From positions 910,457-945,383 of the forward strand of contig BCKQ01000006.1 of NCBI GenBank assembly GCA_001600695.1: a DNA stretch of 34,927 nucleotides, given 5' to 3'. The position numbers and the translations under genes are program-made. Shown piece by piece: positions 1 to 10,243 of the stretch. Under the pieces are notes generated by a model. That model was not told where the DNA came from, did no database searches, and saw only the letters and a list, made by a program, of their open reading frames with translations. Position 1 is the first letter of the stretch. Each line of letters begins with the position of its first letter. Origin of the DNA: Ascoidea asiatica JCM 7603 (Eukaryota; Fungi; Ascomycota).

Positions 1-10
1 CAAATAGAGT

Positions 11-76
11 GTTCTAGAAAGTTCTGTTTCTACAATGTTTCAAAAAGTTCTAGAATGTTCTAGAAAGTTCTAGAAA
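11..76. promoter_or_regulatory. Heat-shock-element-like array (alternating nGAAn/nTTCn), also a 10-bp GTTCTAGAAW tandem repeat
   Basis: 47-76 reads gTTCt-aGAAt-gTTCt-aGAAa-gTTCt-aGAAa (six perfect alternating pentamers); 11-25 is a second three-unit copy. Matches the Hsf1 HSE consensus; target gene unknown and may lie outside the window. Confidence 0.5.
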
Positions 77-165
77 AACCTAAACAGCAACTTTTGATAA
101 AATGAACAGAAAAAGCTTTTAAAGCATAAAGATGATGGACAAGAAAGATTAAGCAACTTAATGTT

Positions 166-235
166 AGATAAGGTAAGATAAGGTAAGATAAAGCAAGATA
201 AGGTGAGATAAAGTAAGATAAGGTGAGATAAAGTA
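166..235 (+). repeat. 10-bp tandem repeat (AGATAARGYR) x7 carrying seven GATAA motifs
   Basis: GATAA at 167, 177, 187, 197, 207, 217, 227, seen directly. Confidence 0.85.
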
Positions 236-1000
236 ACAACAAAGTAAATTATGATTTGATAACATAATTCATTAGTAAACTGTTGGGATTCTTAAGACAT
301 AATGGAATAAATTAGGTTGTTTTAGTTTAAAAATTATCAAACATATTGAAAAAGGAAGTCAATATTATAAATTTATTAATACTAAATATTATGTATTAAT
401 ATATGTAAAATAGTAAATATAAAACTTGACAATTTTAAAACTATATAAAATTAAAAAAAGGGTAAAAAAACAGACATATTTATATAGGTTTGTGTATGTA
501 GGACAATTAATCTTCTTCATCACTTGAAATGTCAATTACTCTTAATTTTTTCTTTTTATTTTTAGTCCCGCTGTAGCCACGGCGTAAATACTCAGCGCAA
601 TAAATAAAATTATAGCTCGCTAACAGCCAAGCCCAATTTTTAAAGGATAAACCAGTCGGATTATTCCTTAATAGTTTGGTGATCAATTTTGTATTTGTTG
701 AGTCTTATTTTTGATACAAAAATGCTTTTTCACAGCATTTTTAAAGAAAGTTTTTTAGTTTCTTTTTCATTTGAACTGGTAAATTAGCTGCACTTTTTAC
801 GCAACGTTGTGGAATTAATGCTTTCTTCGTAATTGATTTGTCCAATTGGCTACCAACCAGTAAGATATTAAAGGCAAATTCAACATTTTTTGGCTGAAAA
901 TAAGTAGGTGGAGGTTCCATTTTTAATTAAAGTAATTTCAGTAATATTAGTGACTGAAGGGACAGAAAATAAAATAAGAAAAAGGTTAACTCAAATATTT

Positions 1001-1050
1001 TTGACAACGAGTGACAACGAGCAACAACAACTGACAACAACTGACAGCAC
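1001..1050 (+). repeat. Degenerate 10-bp tandem repeat (NTGACAACRA) x5
   Basis: ttgacaacga gtgacaacga gcaacaacaa ctgacaacaa ctgacagcac. Confidence 0.7.
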
Positions 1051-1558
1051 ATACATTGAACATCCAACATTCAATATAAAAAAATAAGGCACCTGACATA
1101 GTTGAAATATATTTGAATTAAACTTAAAAGAAATAAAAATAAAGAAATAATAATTGCCTGTAAAAGCACAAAAAAAGAAAAAGTAAAATAAATGAAAACA
1201 ATTTTAACATAAACTTTAGCTTTATCTACAAATTGGCTCCAGGAATAAGGATAGCTATTTCTAGCTATTGATTGATATTATAAATATCCTGGATTGTAAC
1301 CATGAAATAGTTTATTTTATCAAGATTTTCAAAATTTCTTTTTTTTTAACTAAAATTTGTACAATATCTCCCTTTTTTTTGAAAATCATATTCGTTTCCC
1401 TTTTGAAAAAAAAGAATATCATCTAGTCTCGTAAATTTAACTAATAAGTTTTTGCTTAATCATTTAAATTCTTTTTTTTGTCAGCTCATAAATCAAAAAA
1501 TTAGCTTTTCTAAAATTTCTATAGCAAATTCTTAATATAAGCACATTAACTTACTAAA

Positions 1559-3046
1559 ATGTTTAGAAATAACGTTAAGTTTTCAGATGAATGTGGAATT
1601 AAATCTTTTAAAATTTTGAATAACATTTTTTATGATTTAAAATTCATCTCAATTCCAGAATTTTCAAGAGAAACATATATGAACAAAAAAAAAGGAAACT
1701 TTCCAATAAGAAAATTAAAACCAACTACAAAAATTTCTTTATCAATTTATCAAAATGATAAGATTTCTAATAATCAATTAAACATTTCTTCATTTAGCTT
1801 AGACACTTTTTATATTGAACCAAAACTTGTTTTCAATAATATAATTAATCAAAGTTATAGTAATAAGAAAAATAATTATAACAATGATAATGATAATGAA
1901 ATCGATGATTATGATTATGATCTTAATTTGAATCTAAATATGATTCTGAATCTGGTTTTGAATAATTTCCAAAATAATGCAGATGAATATTTAATAGGTA
2001 AAAAAGTTATAACTGGTCAATATAATGTAAAAAAAAAACATTTTGAATTTAATTTTGAAAAATTAGCAATATCAAAAAAAGGTGACTATCAATTAATTTT
2101 TTCACTTTATAAAATTTCAAATTTATCATTTTCAAAATTTGAGATAGTTTATATTAAGTCAATTATTACAAATAAAGTTTCTGTTAAAAGTTGTAAAGAT
2201 TTTTATGAACGTAAAAAAAATTTTGATCTGAATAACTTAAAGCTCGTTTCATTGAATAAAAATATAACTAATAAAGTAAGTATAAATAATAATAAAAAAG
2301 CTGAATTTTATAATTGGAACAAAAATATCTTAAAGAACAATAAAAAAAAGATAACTAAAAATAAAATATATATAGCAGAAAATGCTGTTAAAAAAAAAGC
2401 TAATTTTAAAAATCTTAATGATACTAATAGTTTCTTAGAAGGACAAAATAATAAGAACAATGTAAATGAAAGTATCCATAATAAAGAAATAGGTAACCAT
2501 AACAATAAAACAGAAGAGAAGTTAAACTTTATAAAAATGAATGGAATCCCATTTCTTGAAAGTAATGATATTGAAAATATTGAGAATACTGATCATAATA
2601 CAAATATTGAGAATATTGATAAAATAAATTGTAATAACTTTAAAAGTAAATTTGATCAGTGCATTTCAATTGAACCACAAAGATTAATTGCATCAAATAA
2701 CAATTATTTCATGGGAAAAAAAAATATTGAGATAAAAAAAGAAAGTTTTGCAACTCAAGCTAGAGGAAAATCAACAAACTCTCAAGCTTTAAGAAAACAA
2801 CTTCAATACAAAAAAAGTATTGAATATGAAAACAAAAGCTTTGGTATCCCCTGTAATTCTACAATATACCCTTCTAATCAGATAGATAAAATGTTTAATT
2901 GTGATGCAACAATTCAAATGGAAGATCAAAACGATTTTTTCAATTCCCAGAGAGTTTCTTCAATGAAAAATGATATAAATAGTTACCGGGAAGATTCAAT
3001 TGACGAAGAAAATAATTTCGATTCAAATTTTTATAAAATTCTTTAG
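1559..3046 (+). CDS. Divergent velvet-domain protein (VeA/VelB/VosA-like N-terminal domain) with Asn/Lys-rich C-terminal tail
   Basis: 495-aa ORF. Residues ~25-215 follow the velvet motif order: YDLKFISIPEFSR..RKLKPTTKISLSI (cf. YxLxxxQQPxxAR..RxxDPPPxxxLxI), FYIEPKL, YLIGKKV (cf. NLxGxxV), FEFNFEKLAISKKGDYQLIFSLYKI (cf. FxFxDLSVRxEGxYRLxFxLxxI), ITNKVSVKSCKDF (cf. VxSxxFxVYSAKxF). Confidence 0.65.
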   Translation: MFRNNVKFSDECGIKSFKILNNIFYDLKFISIPEFSRETYMNKKKGNFPIRKLKPTTKISLSIYQNDKISNNQLNISSFSLDTFYIEPKLVFNNIINQSYSNKKNNYNNDNDNEIDDYDYDLNLNLNMILNLVLNNFQNNADEYLIGKKVITGQYNVKKKHFEFNFEKLAISKKGDYQLIFSLYKISNLSFSKFEIVYIKSIITNKVSVKSCKDFYERKKNFDLNNLKLVSLNKNITNKVSINNNKKAEFYNWNKNILKNNKKKITKNKIYIAENAVKKKANFKNLNDTNSFLEGQNNKNNVNESIHNKEIGNHNNKTEEKLNFIKMNGIPFLESNDIENIENTDHNTNIENIDKINCNNFKSKFDQCISIEPQRLIASNNNYFMGKKNIEIKKESFATQARGKSTNSQALRKQLQYKKSIEYENKSFGIPCNSTIYPSNQIDKMFNCDATIQMEDQNDFFNSQRVSSMKNDINSYREDSIDEENNFDSNFYKIL

Positions 3047-3068
3047 ATATATATATATATATATATAT
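3047..3068. repeat. (AT)11 microsatellite directly after the stop codon; probable TATATA 3'-end efficiency element
   Basis: AT dinucleotide run starts immediately after TAG 3044-3046. Confidence 0.75.
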
Positions 3069-5295
3069 GTATGTCCTTTTTTTTGAAAACCTTTATTTTT
3101 ACCAACACCATAGTCAGATTCTTTTTTTATTTTCTAAATTACTTCATTTTTAGTAGTGGTTATAGAGTTTTATATTTTCATTCAAGCTTAATAAAATTTG
3201 TACTTTTTTAAGTTAAGTTATTCTAAGATGGTATTCGCGTTGCCCTGCATTATTTAGATGCTTTTTTGGCTGTGATTTGAAAACAAATACTGACAAACCA
3301 CGATTGAGTTTCTAGTCATGTGCTTAAGAAGAAGCAATAGTTAATGAAGATATCTCCGGGATTAACCAGCCACAACTAAACTGTCTTAAACGGCTAAAAA
3401 TATGTTTTGTACATAGTTTACGCTTTTTTCCTACTTTGGATATCAAGTAACTGTTCTGGATTCAATCCCGTGATCAGCGGAGAAAGTGCAGTGCGCAAGC
3501 GCTCTTGTGCAATTGGTAGAGGGGAATGCAGCAAAGCTCCACTCAGATTTTTCCATAAAAGGGGGAATACGTGACTTCTATGTGACCTCCTTATATTTTC
3601 CGGTGGCGGTTTCATATTTTTTGTGCCTGTGTTGAAGATAAGACCCCATGGTTTTTATTTTTAGCACGTGAATGTGCTGCTGGCTCATGGATAAATATAT
3701 TTTACATACTAATAAGACATCACATTATCAAAAGTACCATACTTTGCCATCGCTAACTCTGATAATCATAATCAACATTATAATCATAATACTAACGATA
3801 ATAGTATCACTTACTGTTCGAGAAATTCTTTGAATGCTCTTTTGATATTGATATTGAAATTGGTGTTAATATATTAACTAATTTGACAATTCGAGTATAT
3901 CTCAAATACAGTTCAAACCAAAAACAATCTCTGCAAACTCCAACAATTATAATAAATCCACTGTCGTCAATCACAATAATTATAATATTCGAAATCATAA
4001 CAACAATCTCCAAGATCTACTTTATACCTAACACTAAAGAAAATATATTCCCAACAAATCAAAAGTCACTCCTCCTCAATTCTATTTATTACAATCTCCT
4101 ATTCAATCTCTCCCTTTTGATAAAAATTTTATGAGAATTGTTGTCATTTCAATCTTTTCATAAAATACTTATAATATTTATCTTTTCCTATTAACTTATT
4201 CCAATTTTATTCATTCAAACTTTACGGAAATATTTAAAAGTAAAAAGCAAGTTATTTATCTATCGATAATCCTTCATACATACAAAATATAATTTCCTTT
4301 TTTATTTCCATCTACAGTTTATTTTGAATTTACAGTTCAAATTTAAATTTGTTTTCTTATTGGATTTACTCATTTCAACTTGAGAAAATATTTTCAAATA
4401 TTAATAATATTCTTTGTTCAGAGTATTTTCTAATATTAGTATTCTTTGTTCAGAGTAAATTTCCTTTTACAAATTCTCTAAAATAATTTTCATTCAACAT
4501 ACATACCTTTAAATTATAAGACAATATCGAAAGACCTCTTTCCAATTAGAATCCTTATATTCAATCAAATAATAAAGATAACTAATAGCTAATAACTTAT
4601 TAAAAATATTATAAAATCAATTTAAAACTTTTAAAATTATTATTTTAATAACCTGCCCATACTAATAGTTATCTTGTACTATTTTACAGAAACTTTATAT
4701 TAAAATCATTCAATTTTGATTCCTTTAAATATATTCTATTATCTAATACTGGGGTTTACTGTATATCAATATTAGTTAATTATAAAACAAATTTTGTATC
4801 CCCTTACTTCAAATTATTCAAATACTTATAATAATCAAAAATATTATTTGTGGATTATATAATTAAATTATAGTATTGACTTATACTTTAATTCAAAAAA
4901 ACTTCGGTTGATTATTCATCAAACTTATACATCAATAATATTTTATTCCAAGTTTTATTAAATTATCTTAAAGTTCACCTAAAAAGATAGTATTACTTGA
5001 TTCAAGTTTAATTAAAAGAATTTTTTTTAAATTATTCAATTTTTTAATCTTTGAATTATTCCTTTTAAATTTTTAAACAAACATTAAACAATTTTCAAAC
5101 AAATTCAAATTATTTAGAATTTTTTCACAAATTTCTACTAAACTTCTCTTAAACTTATTTCAATTATTTTAATAACTTTTTTAAAATTTCTTCTAAATTG
5201 CGTTTAATTTCTTTAAAAATTATTTTCAATCTCCTCGAAGTTTTAATTACGAAATTTACCTTATTTTCTTAAAAGAAATATTTTACTAATCAAAA

Positions 5296-6930
5296 ATGGA
5301 AAGATCAAAATCTTCTATAATCTTAGATGATGAACAACAGTTTAGTAATAATTTAAATCCAGCTAGTATTATCTCAAATAGTAATAACAATAGTAATAAT
5401 AATAGTAGTAATAATCTGAATAATATCGTGAAGGATAATGATTTAATAATGACTGATGCTTCTGATTTATCCCCGAATAATACTTTAGTAAATAATAACG
5501 ATAATAACGATAATAACAATAATCATCATCATAGTCATCATCATCATATGAATTCAGTAGATCCTGGAATAAACAACGGTAATATAAATCAAAATAATAT
5601 TTTTATAGATCCAAGAAATCCAAATATTGTTTCTAAAAATCCTTTAAAACCTTTATCTTCTCTAGCTAATTCTCTTGTTTTAAATTCATCAAATTCCAAT
5701 CAACCACTTGATTCAATCGATCAAACCTTTTCAATCGATCAAAATTCAGATTCAATGACTACTTCTAATAATTTTCTTAATGCTAATAATTCTGATAGTA
5801 ATAATATCAATAATAATAATATCACTTATACTAATAGTTATACCTCAAATGAAAACTCAAATCAAATGTCAACACCAAGCAACAATAAAACTCCAGACCC
5901 AAATAATTTAAATTCTGCTATTCATTCTTTGAATGCTGATCTTTCAAATATTGATATAACCAATAGTCTTCAATCTACTCAAGGCTTGACTCAAAAACAA
6001 ATTCAAAAACATATTCCATTGAGTTCTTCTCAAGATCAAATTCAATCGGATTCTCAATCTAACCCAAAATCTCAAACAGAAACTCGAGAGCAATCTCCAG
6101 TTGAAGAAATCAGTGTTCCTACTAAATTTGAATGGATTCAAGAAGGGAATGAAGTACATGTTTTTGGGTCTTTCACTAGATGGGCAAGGATGATAAAATT
6201 ATATAAAGACCCTTCAATTGATGGATTTTCTGTATACATTAACTTACCTCCTGGCTCATATCGTTTTAAATTTTTAGTTGATGGTGAAGTTAAAACCAGT
6301 GATTATTCATTAAGTGCAACTGATCAATCAGGCCATTTATTCAATTTTGTAGAAGTTTTCCCTCCTTCAAATTTACATCAGCAGCAACATAAAGCAACAG
6401 AGTCTTTAAAACTTGAAAACGAAAGAATCAAACAGTTGTTAAGAGATAAAGAAAAATTGAAAAATAAAAATGATCAATTTAAATCGGGAAAATCATCTGT
6501 GTTTTTAGGTTTAACCCAAGATGATGATGATATGGGTAATGGTTATTCAAGATTTCATGATGGTGAAGAAACTTCTTTAGTTAAAAAGAAAATAATTTAC
6601 ACTCAACTGATCCCTCCTGTTTTTACAGATCAAAAAATAATGGAGCAATACTATAGAACTTTAGATCAATCACATCGTCATGGGAATAATTCTAATGTCC
6701 AATGGTTAATTCCTCCTCAGTTACCACCTCATCTTGAACATGTGATATTGAATAGCTATAGTCATAGAGAAAACAATAGAGAAAATGCATCTGGTTCTCT
6801 ACCAATTCCAAATCATGTAATTTTGAATCATTTGGCTACAACTAGTATCAAACAAAATACCTTGGCAGTAGCGAGTACTGTAAGATATGAAAATAAGTAT
6901 TTAACTCAAATTTTATATGCTCCTCTTTAA
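5296..6930 (+). CDS. GAL83: SNF1/AMPK kinase complex beta subunit (Gal83/Sip2 family)
   Basis: Glycogen-binding CBM48 domain (VPTKFEWIQEGNEVHVFGSFTRW..LPPGSYRFKFLVDG..ATDQSG) and C-terminal ASC domain (WLIPPQLPPHLEHVILN..SGSLPIPNHVILNHLATTSIKQNTLAVASTVRYENKYLTQILYAPL); Asn-rich N-terminus with no MG myristoylation signal. Confidence 0.93.
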   Translation: MERSKSSIILDDEQQFSNNLNPASIISNSNNNSNNNSSNNLNNIVKDNDLIMTDASDLSPNNTLVNNNDNNDNNNNHHHSHHHHMNSVDPGINNGNINQNNIFIDPRNPNIVSKNPLKPLSSLANSLVLNSSNSNQPLDSIDQTFSIDQNSDSMTTSNNFLNANNSDSNNINNNNITYTNSYTSNENSNQMSTPSNNKTPDPNNLNSAIHSLNADLSNIDITNSLQSTQGLTQKQIQKHIPLSSSQDQIQSDSQSNPKSQTETREQSPVEEISVPTKFEWIQEGNEVHVFGSFTRWARMIKLYKDPSIDGFSVYINLPPGSYRFKFLVDGEVKTSDYSLSATDQSGHLFNFVEVFPPSNLHQQQHKATESLKLENERIKQLLRDKEKLKNKNDQFKSGKSSVFLGLTQDDDDMGNGYSRFHDGEETSLVKKKIIYTQLIPPVFTDQKIMEQYYRTLDQSHRHGNNSNVQWLIPPQLPPHLEHVILNSYSHRENNRENASGSLPIPNHVILNHLATTSIKQNTLAVASTVRYENKYLTQILYAPL

Positions 6931-7563
6931 AACATATCTAAAATACTTTATACATGTATTATTTTCTTAAAATTATTTTTAAATATTAATTAAAGATTGA
7001 AGAATCACCACAGATTTTTTATGTTTTAAACATTGCTTTTTTCTATTTCGATGTTTTTCTTTCTCTATTCAACGAATTCTTGGCAAAAAACTTCTTTTTT
7101 TTCTTTTGATTTTGTTACTATTTATAATTTACTACTTTCAACTTTTCATTTTTCCGTTTTTTATTTTTCTATTTCTTACTTTTTATCTATTTTTTTATTT
7201 GTAATTTTTTTCAAAACACTTTTTTTCAATAAACTTTTTTTTAATCAAATTCAATTTCTGTTTTTTCAAATCTTAGTCTCTGGTATTTTGATATGTCCTT
7301 TTTCTCCTACTTATATATAAAAAAAAAAAAAAAAAAAAATTATATACTATATAATTCTTTGACTAATAAATAAGAAAAATCTGCTGTATCAAAAAATTTG
7401 AAATATTGCTAACAAACGTATTTATAAATGTATTTGAGTGTGTAGATTAGTGTAAAAATTGATCATAAAGTCAGCTAAATTTTTGAAGAATATTAATATA
7501 AAATATTAATCTAGTTATTGTACCATAAAAACGTATGGTTCAGGTTGAAAGATTATTAGATTA

Positions 7564-9657
7564 TCATATATGTTTGATATCTGTGTGACCTAAATATCCA
7601 ATATTACCTTTTAAAGGAGGCACCATAATTTCATAATCCTGAGTTTCAGCATTTATATCTTCTTTATTTTTTTCAACATGAATTGTTATACCCAAACCAT
7701 CTGGATCTACAGGATATGCAAAATTTCTTTTTAGAGGATCTAAAATATTTACTTGATCTAGATAAGGTAGTCTAGTTATAGAATCCACAGAGGTGGGGAC
7801 TTTTGATTTTCCTATAAGATAATAATTAGAATTATTTTCTACAGGTATTATAGAACAATAGTTTCTTTTATTATTAAAACAAGAATTGGGATAAGCTCTG
7901 TTTGTTTTATTTGTATCATAAGCAAAAATTGGAATCATGTCTTCTTCAGTTTCAGTACCAAATTTATGAATACTTTTATTTTGAGAAAATAAAGTTTGAG
8001 CAACGAAATTTGGAGGAGGTTCATTTACGATTGCAGAAGAAATAATATTTAACATAAATCTTGGATCATAAGAAGGATTTAAAACAATTTGAGGATCAGT
8101 TGATTGAAATCTACCAATTGTAGCTAAATGAACATCACCAGATAAAATTGTTATTCTTATACCAGAAACAGCTTGAAAAGATTGTAATTTTTTCATGAAT
8201 AAGTTTCTTTCTTTTTTATGATTTGCAGAACACCAATGATCATTTAAATCATCTAAAAGATCAATATCACCATCAAAATTTTGAACTAAACCTGGAGCAA
8301 GATTATTATTTTTTAAAAATTTTGAAAAAGTTTGAGTTACAGTATTTGATAATAAACCTTCAAGGAATACTAATCTTGGATACATTATAGGCACACCGAT
8401 TAAAATTAATAAATGTTTGATTTCATTATTTGATTTATAAATTTCTTTTGTAATTCTTTGAAATAAAAGATCATAAGTTGAAGGATAAATAATTTGATTT
8501 AAAGTTCTTTCAGTTCTACAATCAATAGCTAATAAGGCAATTTTTTTACCTAATCTTGTAAAAATTGAATGAGAAAATTGATTAATATAAGGACCAACTT
8601 TAGAACCTAATAACCAAGAAGGTTCATTTAAAATTTGTTCATTTGGAGAAGTATGATGTTGAAAAATCAAATAATATTTATAAGCACTTTGACCTAAACA
8701 TTTAAACATTGTTGAAGAATTTGTTTCATGAATATAAGAGCCATAACCATCAATAATATCATGATCATCAAAAATATTTATTGAAGGTATAGTTGATAAA
8801 ACTTTTGGATATAATCTTAATAAAGTATAACATTTATCACCAACTAAAGAACCTTTACCAAACCAATCAATATAATGATTTAAATAAAAATTATTAAAAG
8901 ATTGAATATCATCATGAGAAGCAATTTCTTTTCTTCTTGTTTCAATATTTTCTTGTAAATAAGATTTATAAAGATGATTTTGAGATTGAACAGCATCACA
9001 ATAAATTTGATCACCACCACCAATCATGACATGAAATGGAATTATTTCATGTTTTTTTAAAACATCAAACCATAAATTACCCTTAAAATTTGTTGAATCA
9101 GAAGGTGGACAAAATCCATTACAAGAATAAGATAAAATATTCATTGATTGAGAATTTGAAGGTAAGAAAAATTGATATTCAGGACAATGAGTTGAATTTA
9201 TTGAATATTTAACTTTTTGTTGAATATTTGATAAAATTAAATTAATTTCAAATCTCCAAAATAATAAATTTTTTTCTTTATAAAATAAAATTCCAGGAAA
9301 ATTACCATTTAAAATTTGTATATTATTTGAAAAAGAATCTAATTGATTTGGATATAAAGGACCTAATTGATAACTTATAATTGGAATTGAAGATGAATAA
9401 CCTGAAGAAGTTGTGAATTCGGTTGAAGTTATAATTAACATTGAAGCTCTATAATTATTTGAATTATTTTCTAAAGTACCTAATAGTCTTAGTATTGGAC
9501 CACATCTTATATCTAATTGGGGTTGACCAATTGCTTTAATTTGAAAATTTGGTTTAACTTTAAAAGAATTTGACTTTGCAATTGATGTATAATATTTTAA
9601 TGTAGAACCAGATTCAAACCACTGATTCTTTGAATTTTGAGAAGGATAAACTTGCAT
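7564..9657 (-). CDS. PhoD-like metallophosphatase-domain protein (fungal YGR266W-like family)
   Basis: 697-aa ORF with CGPILR, FHVMIGGGDQIYCD, DDHDIIDGYGSY, DCRTERT, LLDDLNDHW and LSGDVHLA motifs; no signal peptide visible. Confidence 0.85.
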   Translation of the reverse strand: MQVYPSQNSKNQWFESGSTLKYYTSIAKSNSFKVKPNFQIKAIGQPQLDIRCGPILRLLGTLENNSNNYRASMLIITSTEFTTSSGYSSSIPIISYQLGPLYPNQLDSFSNNIQILNGNFPGILFYKEKNLLFWRFEINLILSNIQQKVKYSINSTHCPEYQFFLPSNSQSMNILSYSCNGFCPPSDSTNFKGNLWFDVLKKHEIIPFHVMIGGGDQIYCDAVQSQNHLYKSYLQENIETRRKEIASHDDIQSFNNFYLNHYIDWFGKGSLVGDKCYTLLRLYPKVLSTIPSINIFDDHDIIDGYGSYIHETNSSTMFKCLGQSAYKYYLIFQHHTSPNEQILNEPSWLLGSKVGPYINQFSHSIFTRLGKKIALLAIDCRTERTLNQIIYPSTYDLLFQRITKEIYKSNNEIKHLLILIGVPIMYPRLVFLEGLLSNTVTQTFSKFLKNNNLAPGLVQNFDGDIDLLDDLNDHWCSANHKKERNLFMKKLQSFQAVSGIRITILSGDVHLATIGRFQSTDPQIVLNPSYDPRFMLNIISSAIVNEPPPNFVAQTLFSQNKSIHKFGTETEEDMIPIFAYDTNKTNRAYPNSCFNNKRNYCSIIPVENNSNYYLIGKSKVPTSVDSITRLPYLDQVNILDPLKRNFAYPVDPDGLGITIHVEKNKEDINAETQDYEIMVPPLKGNIGYLGHTDIKHI

Positions 9658-10236
9658 TTTGACTTGTTTAATTTTAAATAAAAAGGAAAGAAGTTTTTGA
9701 GAAAAAAGAACGAAAAAAGGTTATAAGAAAATCAAAAAAAAAAGATAGATCAAAAAGAAAAAAAGGAAAAAAAAGAATAATATATATAAAACAATAGGTG
9801 AAACCTAAAAACATAATTAGAATAGAATATAGCCAAATCTTAGATCTTGATTTACGGTACCGTACATAGGGTTTTATAACTCTACTCAGATTTGAGCATT
9901 TGAGAATATCAGAACCAGTCGAGGATCTCGTAAAGGATAAAGATTAGAACAGAGAACTATGGATCAAGGGTAATACTGATCATGTGATGAGAAGCCGCTG
10001 GGGTTATCGTACCAGAACAGAGCAGAGCACAGTGACGTGATTTGAAAGTTTGGTGCATTGGATCCACTTCTGTGGAGTATCCTCATCATTTAACAGGTTA
10101 CGTAATCATAAAAACAAGGCTAACCGTTTTATTAGAGCCCTTGATGGCTTCAGTTATGTCCAGGACAGAGGTATAGAGGCAGGGTGACCCTGATTGAGTA
10201 AAATTACTGTGGACAGATTTGGGAATTCTGATGCTT

Positions 10237-10243
10237 TATAAAT
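10237..10243 (+). promoter_or_regulatory. Candidate TATA element for the snoRNA host transcript
   Basis: TATAAAT at the downstream edge of a GC-richer island (~9840-10220), ~140 bp before the GTATGT donor. Confidence 0.35.

Noticed and set aside
60-242. 60-aa minus-strand ORF
   Set aside because: By-product of the 10-bp tandem repeats; no recognisable protein features.
3451-3480. B-box-like GATTCAATCCC suggesting a tRNA
   Set aside because: No cloverleaf, acceptor stem or properly spaced A box.
3790-3804. TACTAAC followed by TAG
   Set aside because: Embedded in an AAT-derived microsatellite with no consensus donor upstream.
3418-4134. Short ORFs 3418-3615, 3807-4013 and 3883-4134
   Set aside because: No motifs; they lie in a promoter island or leader, and 3883 starts at TTG rather than ATG.
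5284-5303. TACTAAT..AAG suggesting an upstream myristoylated exon for GAL83
   Set aside because: No ATGGG exon or consensus donor upstream; ATG 5296 has a good AAAAATGG context.
7033-7320. 95-aa Phe-rich ORF
   Set aside because: T-rich 3' UTR/terminator between convergent genes, with a non-ATG start.
9984-10020. GTGATGA followed by GTTATCGT (partial echo of the snR68 guide)
   Set aside because: Only 8 nt of complementarity, wrong D+5 register and no D box at a suitable distance.
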